From Malacoraja senta (taxonomy: Eukaryota), in contig CM075990.1 in NCBI GenBank assembly GCA_038087875.1, positions 16,122,001 to 16,186,000 on the forward strand: a stretch of DNA of 64,000 nt. The letters are read 5' to 3'. This document shows positions 1-12,679 of the stretch, in pieces. The position numbers and the translations under genes are program-made. The notes under the pieces are model-generated. The model worked only from the letters and a program-made list of their open reading frames with translations. It did no database searches and had not been told where the DNA came from. Position 1 is the first letter of the stretch. Each line of letters starts with the position of its first letter.

Positions 1-3000
1 GAAATGTCACTCATTCCTTCTATCCAGAGATGCTGCCTGTCCCGCTGAGTTACCCCAGCATTTTGTGTCTAATATCTTCAAAGAAACACTTCACTTCATT
101 TTACAGCACCCAAGTGTCGAAGGAGCTCTCTCTGTCTCATTACATCCCAAAAAGGCTGCAATTTTTCTGGCTGCTAAACTTGGGAAGACCATCCAGTTGT
201 GGTGTGGACACCAACTGAATTGCTGACCATCTTGAACACCTGCTCACAGATGCAGAGCAAACGGGACATGCTCAGCAGGCCAGGCAGCATCTGGGTGGAA
301 GCAGAAGTCAGATGAGATTCAGACCCTTCCTTGGAACCCGAGTTATCATTCCAATTGCTCAAGCGCAGAGCCGTTGGCCATCCCCAGCACTCTTTTGTTT
401 TCTGTCGTCAGCTAAATCAGGTTTTCAAGGAGCACACATTGCTCTCATTTGTCAACTGTGAAAATAAATATGAAATAGTTGATTATTTATTTAAATCCTA
501 AAACCAACTATTGTCTTGAGAGTGATTCGGGTTTAGTTTCGTTTTTTGCGTCATATACATCAGGGTGCTGTGAAACCCCTCGTTCACATGAAGCTCGCAG
601 AGTAAACAGTGTACATAGAGTAACAATAAATACAATAGCCAGTGCAAAACAGCAGAATGGTGCAAGACTGACTTTGGTGCCTTCCCTCACAGTGGGAAAC
701 TTTTGATCCTGCTGTGTGGGGATGTTTTATGTTTAAATCTATGGTGTGTTGTGTTCTTTATTTCAATGTATGGCTGTATGGTAATCACATTTCACTGTGC
801 CAACTGGCACATGTGACAAATAAATATATCTTGTATCTTGTTGATTGTAGTGCAGATAAGATAGAATGAATGCATGTAGTTACTTTAGTATTGGGCCTTT
901 GGGAAATAAAGGACATATTTCCCTTGATTGCGAGATTGATAACTAAAGACATGCATGTAAGTTAACTAGAAGATGGATTATTGGAAGTGCAAAATAAAGA
1001 GAAGAGTGTTGAGGAATTGGAACTAAAAGCAGAATATTGGAAGAAGTCAGCGGATCAAGTTACACATGTCGAGGCAAAAGGACCAAGTCAACATTTCAGG
1101 CTGAGACCCTGTGAGGTTTAGGTTTATTATTGTCACGTGTACCAACGAACAATGAAAAGCTTTGTTGTGCATGCTGTGCAATCAGATCATATAATTGTTA
1201 ATGTAAATATGATCAAGTCAAACTCCAGGACAATAGGTGGATCAAAGGGGAAGGTACAGAGTGCAGAATATAACTCTAAGCATTGTAGCACATCGATCCA
1301 ATGTCCGCTAATGGGGTAGAGGGGAAACGATGCAACAGTTTTGTGGCCACATTCAGATTTAGTTTTTAGGCAAGCTTTAATAACAACAATTAAAGACAAC
1401 ACATTTCAACTTTGAAAGGAGGCACGGCAATCTTGGTTATAATCTATAGACACCTTTTAACTGTTTTTTGATCTTAGATGTAGCTCAGGTGCTTTGAATG
1501 AAACATAGGCGTGGGAATCAATTGACTCTCCTCTGCCATTCAGTAAAGTTATTGTTGGTCTGATTTTGATGCCAATTCCATTTTCCAACCTTTCCCTCAT
1601 AATGCTGACCCCCCCCCCCCCCCTGTAGTCCAAACATCTGTAAATTTCAACCTCGAAGATATTCAATGAGTCAGCTTCCACTGCTCTCTGAGGTAGAGAA
1701 TTCTAAAATTTACAACGAGTGAATAATTTTCTCCTCATCTCATTCTTAAATTTAGTTTAGTTTAGAGATACAGCATGGAAACAGGCCCTTTGGCCCGAGT
1801 CCGCGCACATTAACACTACCCTACACACACTAGGGACAATTTAACATTTCTACCAAGCCAATTAACCTCCAAACCTGTGCGTCTTTGGAGAGTGAGAGGA
1901 AACTGAAGATAGATGGATAAATGGATGATCCTTCCCATAGTTCCATGTGCAAAGGCCACTGCTGATAGATGCTTAGCTTTGAGCTACCAGATATATTCTG
2001 AGTCTTGATGCAGGGTTCCGGCTCAAAACATTGACAAAACATCTTTGGCTTCCACAGATGCTGCTTGACCTGTTGAGTTCTTCCAGTGTTCTTTTATTTT
2101 ATTCCAAATTCCTAGCATCTGCAGTCTCTTGTTCCAACCCTTGCCACCCCAACCCAGTGCCAGTATGTATAGCAAGATTTTACTGAATTGTATGCAACAA
2201 AAAATAATTTTGCTGTACCTAGATACATGTGACTCAACTTTGAACTGTTGAGTCTATCCTACTGATGATAATGTTAGTGCCACACGGCACAACAGAGGTT
2301 GTCCTTGGAAACCAGTCACATTAATCTTTGCAAAGTTAAATGCTGAGATCAGCTGCCTAATCCTTTCAACATTTCTTCTTGGCTTGGCGCGTAGAGCAAA
2401 TGAATGAATTGTATTTTAGTGGGAAAGTGATGATAACTGTGCAACAGACCCTATTGGCTGGGATTGGAGAAAAATTACGGCATAGGGACAAATGCAGTGG
2501 AATGATTCCTTGAAAACAAAATCTTGAAAATTAGATGAGGGACTAGAGTAAAGCTTTGTGCCTTTATTGCAAATTGAAGTATTGCCTTGCCTGGCACACA
2601 GGGTGAATTCATTTAATAATGTTGCTCCTACAAGTTAAACAATCACCATTTCAATCATGATATCTTTCAACCTGTGCAGATGATTTTTTTATGGATTGTT
2701 TCAGATATTTTTCTTTCTGAAATTGTTCTCAACCTTGCAGAGGGCAGCTGACTGAGCTGAGACGTGGGTTCAAATTTGTGATCTAATCTGTACGGCTCGC
2801 TGGGTGAAGTCAATCAGCACTGACAAGTCCACATTACAGTGCTTCCAGGAAGATGAACAAACCAATCAAGGGACTAATCTTGCTGGCCGCAGGAACCGTT
2901 GGTGTTCAGACACTGGAACGGAGGTTGAGGATGTGCACACGCACCCCAGGACTTGCTGAGTAGCGGACGACACACTCTCTGTCGCTGCATTCAGCTACCG

Positions 3001-3587
3001 ATCTCCACATGCAGAGCTCATTGTTGCTGAGATACCCCAGCTTCATCTCAGTCCGACCTGGCGCAGGGATCGGAAACCCCATTGATTTTTTTTATTTCAG
3101 GATTCTTTGGCTGCTGATGGGAAGGAAGATGGGAAATTAATTTCTTTAAAAAAAAATCATTTTGTTCTGCTTTAATATTTTAATTGATTCCAGTATCTTT
3201 GATATGTTTCAATTCAATTATTAAAATGTTATGTTTTAAACTTTATTTCACATTTAATAGTTTTTGAATGTCCCTTATTCTACCATGGCACACTGTGTGA
3301 TTTAATTTGCTGCTGTTTTTCATAAATATAAAACAAGCACAATCTCTGATATTCAACCTGAGCGCTTGTACTCAGTTTCAGATTTATTTTTCTTTTGACA
3401 ATTTTCCGAAGGTCTAAGTCAATCTGTCGGGTCAAGACTGCATCAGACCGCAGAATATCATGTCAATGTTCTGAGTCGAGACCCTGCATCAGGCCTCAGA
3501 AGATCTGAAGAAGGGTCTCAACCCGAAACATCACCCATTCCTTCTCTCCAGACATGCTGCCTGTCCCGTTGAGTTACTCCAGCATAT

Positions 3588-3690
3588 CTTGTGAGTAGGA
3601 AGGAACTGCAGATGCTGGTTAAAATCGACGATAGACAACAAGTCTATCGTCGATTTTAACCAGCATCTGCAGTTCCTTCCTACTCACAAG
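3588..3690. repeat. Perfect inverted repeat, 49-bp arms with 5-nt loop, made of Penelope-derived repeat tail
   Basis: 3588-3636 is the exact reverse complement of 3642-3690; loop aacaa. Confidence 0.95.
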
Positions 3691-4323
3691 TTATCCGGCA
3701 GCTCAAAGCTAAGCATCTATTATGCACTGTGGACCATTAGCAGCAGCAGAGACTGCAGCAAGTAAGAATTTCGTTGTTCTATCTGGGACTTGAGATGAAT
3801 GTCACCACAATCTGTAATCTGTGAGCATATGTCTCAATCTCCCATTACTACTACACCAGTGCAGAATGGCATGCTGAAAGCAGCAACAGGCAATGATGTG
3901 TCAATCTAGAGAAGCTAGGCTTTCACAACTTGGGAGAGAGATATTCTTCTTGCTCCTTCGAGCACCAACTGTGAACATCAGTGATGTTCAGGCCTTCAGC
4001 TTTGCCATCTGTCAGAGTCTGAGGAGCTGAAGCTGCAGACATGTAGAGGACCTGGGCACTAGGTGACTGCTTTACTACTCCATCTTATTAGAATCACCTG
4101 GTAGAAGTACAAAGTCCCTTTGCAAGTGGATCTTCCATTTCTGCAGGTGTATGGTCGAGAGCATATTGACTTTGTGAACAATGCTCTGTCCATCACGGGC
4201 ACTGACATGGGGTCTGTAGGAGGCACTGTCTCAAAGAGGCTGCCAACATAATGAAGGACCCACTCCACCCTGGCCACGCTCTCATTGCACTCTTGCCAGC
4301 GGGAAGAAACAGGGATGTAATGC

Positions 4324-4772
4324 TGGGGCCACATTTGGAATATTGTGGGCACCATATCTGAGGAAGGATGTGCTGGCTCTGGAGAGGGTTCTGAGGAGGT
4401 TTACATGAATGATCCCTGGAATGTGTAGATTAGCATATGATGAGCGTTTGATGGCACTGGGCCTGTACTCGCTGGAGTTTAGAAGAATGAAGGGAGATCT
4501 CATTGTAACATACAGAATATAGACAGTCTTGGATAGAGTAGATGTGGAGAGGATGTTTCCACTAGTGGGAGAGGCTAGTACTAGAGGCCATACCCTCAGA
4601 ATTAAAGGACGTTCTTTTATGAAGGATTCTTGATTAATAAGGGTGTCACAGGTTATGAGGAGAAGGCAGGAGAATGGGGTTAGGATGGAGAGATAAATCA
4701 GCCATGATTGAATGATGGAATAGACTTGATGGACTGAATGGCCTAATTCTGCTCTCATCACTTATGATCTTA
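4324..4772 (+). mobile_element. CR1-type LINE 3' fragment
   Basis: ccacatttggaatattgtg...aggaaggatgtgctggctctggagagg...ctggagtttagaagaatga; CR1 ORF2 C-terminus and 3' tail gcctaattctgctc. Confidence 0.85.
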
Positions 4773-6337
4773 TGAAGAAGATACAGGAGCCTGAAAACTG
4801 CGACCTCCAGGTTCAGGATCAGTTTCTTCCCAACAACCATCAGGCTATTAAACACTATGCACTCCAACTAAACTATGAACTGCCTTGGTTGCATTAGGAA
4901 CATCGGGCTATATTTTCTTTTGCCCAATACAGGCACCTTGCATTATAAGCATGTTTGATTTATGCACTTTTGAAATAACGCGCTTTCTCCTTTACTACCA
5001 ACGCTTGATTTACACACTTGGAATTTTTAAATAACGCACGCAAATTTACTGCTGTGGTCATAGTTGTGTGTATGGTTAGGATTTGTGTTGAGTTTAGTTT
5101 AGGCATAACTGAATTACCCGCAGCTTTGCAAGCATGTAAAACACAAGGTGATTTTTTTTAATTTATTGAACTATTTTAAAATGTATTTATTATCTTTTCT
5201 ATTGAGTGCTGTGTTTACCAACCTGTTGTGCTACTTTCAAATCAAGACAATAAAACACTCTTGACTATTGTCCACCCCCGATTATTCATTTATTTATTTA
5301 TTTAATGGCAGATTTATTTAACGACACTAATTTTAATTTTCCAGTTGCCATGCAGGATTCGAACTTGTGTTTCTAGATCAATATTGGGGAATTCTGTCCG
5401 ACTGTTCAGTAGCAACCACCGTGGAACAGTACCTGCCTTGCTTGAAGATTTAACTAATATAGTTTTGTGCTTTGAAATCTATTCTGGAAGCAATTGGTTT
5501 AATGTGCATTCTGCTTTACTTTCTTAATCTGCCAGGGCTCCTAATCATAGAGTAAAAGATATCAAGTTCACTTAATTCACTTGCAGTGTTGGCAGGTCAC
5601 TGAGTGGGCCGTCGAAGGGCAGGGACTGAAGAAGGGTCTCCACCTGAAACGTCACCCATTCCTTCTCTCCAGAGATGCCGCCTGTCCTGCTGAGTTACTC
5701 CAACATTTTGTGTCTATGTTTGCTGATCTAAACTGACAGGTGAATCCACAGTCTTTCACCCCACATTGGGGAATCAAGAACCACCAGACATAGGTTTAAG
5801 TTGAGAAGGGAGAGATTTAATTGGTACCTGAGGTATGTCAAAAGAGAAAGAACGCAGTTTCTACAACGACTCCATTTCTTAAATTCACATGAAGTGTTTC
5901 TCCCGACTGGCTTTTGACACATTTCAGAACTGCTTACTGGGCTTATGCAGGGAAAGGACAGTAAAGGAATGGAATGTACAAGAATACTTAGGAATTTTGA
6001 CCGGCTTCAAAGAAAACACACACATTGGAAATATGCTTAAATATACACACAAAAAAGAGATGGAGATCAAGAAACTGGGTGTAGGGAAAATAGTATGAAA
6101 AGGTAAGGGTTGGAAAAGATTGTTTAAAAAAAAAAGAGATTTGGCATTTTATGTATAACAACAGTGAACATAAAAATGTGATGTCAGTCACAGCTGGAAC
6201 ATTCTGTGCTGTACTAGCCAGTGATGACTCGTCTTGTAAAACACTAGAGACCGTAGATGCTGGAATCTTGAACTAAAAGCAAAACTTCTGGAGGAACTTG
6301 GCGGAACAAGCAGCATCTATGGGCTCAGTCTGAAGAA

Positions 6338-6636
6338 GGGTGGCACGGTGGCGTAGCAGTAGAACTGCTGCCTTACAATGCCAGAAACCCGGGTTCAATC
6401 CTGCTGTCTTACGGAGTTTGTACGTTCTCCCCGTGACCTGCATGGGTTTTCTCTGGGATCTCAGGTTTACTCCCACACTACAAAGATGTACAGGTTTGTA
6501 GGTTACTTAGCTTTGGTACAAATTTAAATTGTCCCTAGTGTTTGTAGGATAGTGTTAGTGCGCGGGGATCGCTAGTCACCACGGACTCGGTGAGCCAAAG
6601 AGCCTATTTCCGCGCTGTATCTCTAAACTAAACTAA
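6338..6636 (+). mobile_element. tRNA-derived V-SINE (HE1-like)
   Basis: Head ggcacggtggcgtagcagtaga (A box) and gggttcaatcc (B box), V-domain ggagtttgtacgttctccccgtg, tail ctctaaactaaactaaa. Confidence 0.85.
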
Positions 6637-7091
6637 AAAGAGGGTCCTGACCCAAAATGTTGTCTATCTATTTCCCCCCACAGATGCTGGTTCCGCTGAT
6701 TTCCTCCAGCATTGTGTTTTTTACTGGTCATCTAAATCCTGCTCCATCGCATTGTGCTATCACTGTGCTTCTTGCTGGGTGCCTTCTTTTCACTCCATCT
6801 CTCAGATTGGGTTCCCAACATCCCTTATTTAACAAAAAAAAAATTATGAAGACTGTATGGGAACAATGTGGGCACTCTTTTTCCCATTAAAATTTTCCCG
6901 ATTTATGCACCAGACCCACAAAGAGTCCTGCTCTGGGAATGCAATAGTAGCTTGGATTGTCCATACGAAGGAATCCTGAGGGTTTTTTACTGTATCACGC
7001 TGCTATTATTTACCATATTCCCTCCAGTTCCAACAAGTATACTTCTCCCTCCTCGTTCTTAGTTTAAACGCACACTATTCTACCCCATCAC

Positions 7092-8099
7092 TAGCAATGT
7101 TACAACATTTTTAGATTTTAAAAATCAAGTCTGCAATTTATCCCATCAGATAAAGCATAAAAATAAGTTTAATTTGACACCTAATTCACTTTCATATCTT
7201 CAGTATTAAGAAAGTTATGGCCATTTTCATACTCGGTAATTAGCATCTTGTTCCTTGTTGCTTTTCCATTGACTTAACACAAAAGCTGTGATCGAGGACA
7301 GTCAAAAGCCCATAACTTTCTTAAAAGATTGAAGCATTCTGAAACAAATATGAAACAATCTTACTTGGATGACCTGAAATTAAAGCATATAATTAGTTAG
7401 TTACCTAATTGTAACTAATTACAAAATTCAATTACTAGATCTAAACATCTATCCATTTCATAAGAAAAGGTTAACATTTTTGAATAGCCTAAGTGTCCAA
7501 ATAACATTCACACAAGAATTCACAATATAACATGATTTTTAAATCTCATTGTCATGATTTTATAGGCCAAATGGAAGGAATTTAGTGTTTAATTCCCGTA
7601 AATTAATGGCCATTTTAATCATCTTGCGAGTGAGATTTTGTGGAACGCGCTGGTTTGGAAAGTTGCGGTTGCAGTGAATTTAAACCCCATATCGGCAGGA
7701 AAAATACTGCCGGTTCGTATATTTACATAATCACATTTTCGCAACATGAAATTTTGATTAAAGGCATCCTAAGAAGCACGTTTATATGTAAAAATAAACG
7801 GTGTACCTTGCTTTGTCCCCTACGTGAGATCCGTCCCGTTGTCGGCGATGAGGGCTTTAGAAGACGATTTTATTTTTACTCCTGCTATTAAATTATCCAG
7901 CACTAATTTTAATAAACTTAATAAAACGGCAGTCGCAGCGATTTTTTCCCAGCAACTAAACAGCCTGACAAAGATCGATTTGAACAGGCTGGAGAAAAAA
8001 GGCATTTTAAACCCGCCCCCTCTCAAAGGCGCCAAAGTCGCGCACACGGCCAGTGGCAGAACTGCAGCGCCGCTGAAGGTAAGTTTTGTAACATACCTA
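7092..8099. mobile_element. About 1-kb non-autonomous DNA transposon (superfamily uncertain, hAT-like TAG ends)
   Basis: Imperfect 16-bp TIRs tagcaatgttacaaca / ttttgtaacataccta; flanks ccatcac / ccttcac resemble a TSD; no transposase ORF. Confidence 0.6.
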
Positions 8100-10544
8100 C
8101 CTTCACTCCAAGTTCACCAAGGCAAATTCCTTGTATGTGAATACTTGGCCAATAAACGTATTCATTCATTCATTCAAATTCAAGGTGAACTCTTCCACAA
8201 GCCAGCACAGTCACACAGTTGGTTGAGCTGTTTCCTCAGTGAACCAAAGATCCAGGTTCTCTGGCCACGGGTGCTGTCGGTGTGGAGTTTGCATATCTCG
8301 ATGTGAATGTATGGGTTTCCTCCAGGTGCTGCAGTTTAATCCCATATCATAAAGGCATGTGGGTTTGTAGATTAATTGACCTCTGTAAATTGCCCTAACG
8401 TGTAGAGTAGATGCCAAAGTTGGATAATATAGAACTTGTGTGAACAGGTGTTTGATGGTCGATATGGACTGTGACCTAAAGGGCCCGTTTCCATTGCTGT
8501 GTCTTTCAATCGATCAAAAGCTCTCACTCTTCCTCCTCAACTCCCCCAATTCATGGTCTATCTTGCCTTCCCCTTCAATGCACCCTACTATTTGTATTTA
8601 ACCGAGTTCACTTTTTTAAACGGGCACCAATTTTCCTTCAATTTGATCATTATTTTCCTCACTCCTCACAAATTTTAAACGCGCTCCATTTACTATTTTC
8701 CAGCAGTGACGTTACTTATTTTGCAAGTATCAGCAAGTCTTTTTGTCAGGTAGTCAATTCTGTCTATTCTCCCTTCTACGAGCACAGCATGGCTTGCTCA
8801 GCACCGAGGAGAAAAATACTTTCCTAGTTCTGTTCTATTTTTAATATAGGCTGATGCACTTAGTTGTGAGAGAAAGAAAGGTTTGCAATTGGATTACATA
8901 GAAAATCGAGGAGGAGTTGATTCTAATTTCCTGACATCCATTCATCTTTCTATGTTCTGTCGGCATCTCAAATTCCCATAGATTTCATTAATTGTACATT
9001 ATTTTTTTTTCGTTTCATAAACCACTTATGTATTTTGAGATTGTATTATTTACCACTGCTTGGCCCCAGCTACTTCCATATTTTCCATTTTCCACTGTGC
9101 CTTGCACTTGAACGTTCGGCAAAGGACTCCAGGGATAGTTTCTCCAAAATATTTCAAAAATGTTCTATAGTTTTAAAATATTTTTTAAAAACTCACTATT
9201 CAACTGCAAGGTGGATTAGTGTGGTGCAGTGTGTAACGATCACATCCCTCACAACATTGAGCGCTCTAGTCCTTCTCCAGAGACTTCAGTTGACTTTGGA
9301 AGTGCTGTAGTGTCAGAAGGGCTGTCTTTTGGCTTAGCAGGCACACCAAATATTTTAAAAATATTAAAATATATATTTTTTGAATCCCATGGCAGTATTT
9401 AAAAAAAAAAGACAATAGAAGTTGCTTCTGGCCATTATTTATTCTGTACTAAACAGATATGGCAGCTAACAATGTGGTTTACAGGTGCAGTCAGATACGC
9501 TGCAGCATGCTGACTTGCACGTACCTGTATCCTCTTTTCCAGAGGCTACAACGGCTGGAAAATAAATGCTGTCCTTGCCAGTGACATTCACGTCCCATTA
9601 AAGATTAAACTTCAAAACATCATCTTTCCCGGACTCTTCGTTTAAGTGATAATTTAAGTGTTGGTTAAAAGGGGTGGTGTCACTTAAGTTGTCACTCATT
9701 TGCTCCCTGCTGATGGTGTTTAGCAGGTAAAATGTGATTGCAATTCACAAGTACAGCAGATACGTAGCATTTTAAATTGCATTATTTGATCGTGGGTGAG
9801 CCACAGAAACAGCAGCAGCAGCAACAGCAGCCTCCTCCAATTCATACAGTTAAGATTACACACGTCAGATGAGGCTGCAACTGGACTCAATATGCCCTCA
9901 AACCATATCTGAATTAATTTAAGAGAGAAATCGCCCACAGAAACAAACGTTCGAGGCAAAGTTGCTGTTCAATCCATTAAAGCCCATGCCTTCAGTGAGC
10001 TTCAAGTGACTTTCGCATTTTTACCTCTTTCCTCTGTCCATTATTCTGAACATTTTTAACTGATTAAAAAAATATTGTGATATTCTGAATTTATTCTTCA
10101 TTAAATGCGTTCCCCTCCTCCCCCCCCATCCCATTTTGTAACTCTTTCTTCAAAACAGTATTCCAGGTTCACCTTCATCATTTTGTGTCCTCCTTTCAGG
10201 ATCTTTCTCTTCTCCCGACCAAGCCTCATCTTACTGTGCAGCTCATTTCTCCCGTACTTGTTGCCACAATGTTCTTCCTTTCCATTTCCTTTCCTTTGCT
10301 TATATTTTTAGGGGACTATTGACTGGAACCGAACGGAATGCTCCAGATATGTTTGGGATTTAGCACAAACTAGCGCTGTGCTTCAAAGGGTTAATTATCC
10401 TGTCATTTGGTGTTCCTGGAATTTATTGCCTGTTCTGTGAAATACTGTACATATCACAGTGGAACAAAAAATTAATGTCTAGGCAGGTAACTACTGTTCT
10501 CTCCAACTGTTAACTGTTCGTGATGCTGGATCTTCCTGAAGTTA

Positions 10545-10597
10545 TATGTGTGTGTGTGTTTATATATATATATATACACACACCACACACACACACA

Positions 10598-10669
<72 letters not shown>

Positions 10670-10797
10670 TGTATATATTATATATTATATATATATTATA
10701 TATATATATTATATATATGTGTGTGTGTGTATATGTATGTGTGTGTGTATATGTATGTGTATATATATATATATATGTATGTATATATGTATGTGTG

Positions 10798-10836
<39 letters not shown>

Positions 10837-10840
10837 ATAT
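10545..10840. repeat. Compound (TG)/(TA)/(CA) microsatellite
   Basis: Alternating dinucleotide tracts. Confidence 0.97.
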
Positions 10841-10847
10841 AAAGATC

Positions 10848-11358
10848 ATGCTTGTCTGGTATGGTCACACAACCTCACAGGATAAGATTCGGCTGGAGAG
10901 AATAGTGCGCCGAGCTTCTAAGATCATCGGTTGCAGCACACTTCCCTCAGTGACATCACTTTACTCAAGACTCACCAGAAAGGCCAAAAAAATCATAGCA
11001 GACCACTTTCACCCGGCACATCACCTCTTTAATCTCCTCCCATCAGGAAGGAGATATAGAAGCATTAAAAGTAAAACATCTCGCTTCAGAGACAGCACCT
11101 ACCTCCAAGCCATCAGATATTTGAATTTGCACTAATCACTTTGCATTTTCTTTTGCACTTGCACCTACGTTTAACATGACGCTGCTGGGTACTGTCCTTC
11201 CTGTATATATTGTCCTTCGTACGATATTGTCTGTATTATTTATTATTTATTGTGGTGTATGTGGTGGATGTATTGTACTGAATTGTATCTGTCTGAGAGC
11301 GAACCAAGACACATTCCTATCAACTTGTTGACATGGCAATAAACTTCTTGAATGAATC
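10848..11358 (+). mobile_element. Rex1/Babar-type LINE 3' fragment
   Basis: VWYG...RLERIVRRASKIIG..LPS...HPAHHLFNLLPSGRRYRSIKSKTSRFRDSTYLQAIRYLN plus tail ending caataaac. Confidence 0.85.
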
Positions 11359-11860
11359 AACGTGACGACGAGGTCGCGTAATTTGCGTACCAAGGACACG
11401 TAAGTGGGACAGGGCCATAACTTCTCCAAGCTTCTTCTACACTGCATCTGAATATCTCACAGCTTGGACATTCTGATGTGTTTCTGTGATGAATCGGGCC
11501 AAGGAGCTGTCTTTTTCAAACTTGCAGTTCCACACAATTCAAAGCATAAACTAATGAACAAGTCACGGTGTCAGAAATAAAAGCGCAAGGAATGGCAGAT
11601 GCTGGAATCTTGAGCAAAACACAAAGTGCTGGAGGAACTCAGTGAGTCAGGCAGAAGGAATGGACAGACAATGTTTTGGGCCAGGATCCTTCTTCAGACT
11701 GAGTAAATTACCTATGCTTTGATGGGCTAGATCACTCAGGTTTATGGTTCATATATCAATGTAGGACACCATGTTGGACACCCTGAACACTTTTGGCTAA
11801 TGTATGACTTTGTCCTGCTGTTGGACACGAGATTCACAAGTGGAGGCTAATGGACAAGTC

Positions 11861-12294
11861 ACTTGGGCAGCTTACAACCCAGCGGTATGTGTTTTGATTT
11901 CTCTCACTTCAAGTTATCCTGACATCCCCACTCTCTCCATCCCTCCCCCACCCTAGTCTCCCTACTAATTTCACTGTCGTCCTGCTGAGTTTCACTGTTT
12001 ACATCACTCGTTCTCACCTTCCCCACTGCCAACAAGGGACTATTGTGGGCCCCACCTTTCCTTGATCATCATTGCTGGCTTTGATTTATATCTTTTGCGT
12101 ATCTTTCATTCATTTGTTCTATGTACCTTTTCATCTCTCATGTTTCCCTCTACCCTGACTCAGTCTGTAGAAGGGTCTCGACCCGAAACGTCACCTATTC
12201 CTTTTCTCCAGAGATGCTGCCTGTCCCGCTGAGTTACTCCAGACCTATGTGTCTATCATCGGTGTAAACCAGCATCTGCAGTTCCTTCCTACAC
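11861..12294 (+). mobile_element. Penelope-like element 3' fragment (endonuclease C-terminus plus pseudo-LTR with hammerhead motif)
   Basis: Starts with LGSLQPSGMCFDFSHFK (PLE GIY-YIG C-terminal L.T..P.G.N-type motif), then a pyrimidine-rich 3' region and ctgtagaagggtctcgacccgaaacgtc. Confidence 0.75.
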
Positions 12295-12679
12295 AAGGCA
12301 TATAGTTTTGTTCTGCAGCATGTTTGTGAGAATGTTCAACCTGTATCCTGTAGTTAATTCCACACATCTGAGAATTAACGTAAAAACATTCATCAACACC
12401 TTTACATCAACTTGCACACGAGAATCCTGACTAATGCCTGAACCAGCTGTTAATGAATTAGATGGTGTGATGTAATGCCACGGCTGCACAATGCGAGGTA
12501 TAACAACTGTGGAGCAAAACATTTAAAACCCACATTATATGTGCAATAAGTGCAGGATATTGATGTAACAGCAGTAAGGGTGGTCACGGTGGAGCAGCGG
12601 TAGAGTTGCTGCCTTACAGCGAATGCAGCGACGGAGACCCAGGTTCGATCCCGACTACCGGTGCTGTCTGTACAGAGTT

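Noticed and set aside
6338..6410. tRNA-like A/B boxes here and in other SINE heads
   Set aside because: They continue into V-domain and LINE-like tails, so these are SINEs rather than tRNA genes.
7824..8306. 160-aa ORF in the DNA transposon
   Set aside because: No transposase motifs, and it runs through the TIR into flanking DNA.
9810..9831. (CAG)n tract as a polyglutamine exon
   Set aside because: Short, with no ORF or splice support.
10472..10885. His/Thr- and Val/Cys-rich ORFs
   Set aside because: Dinucleotide microsatellite artefacts.
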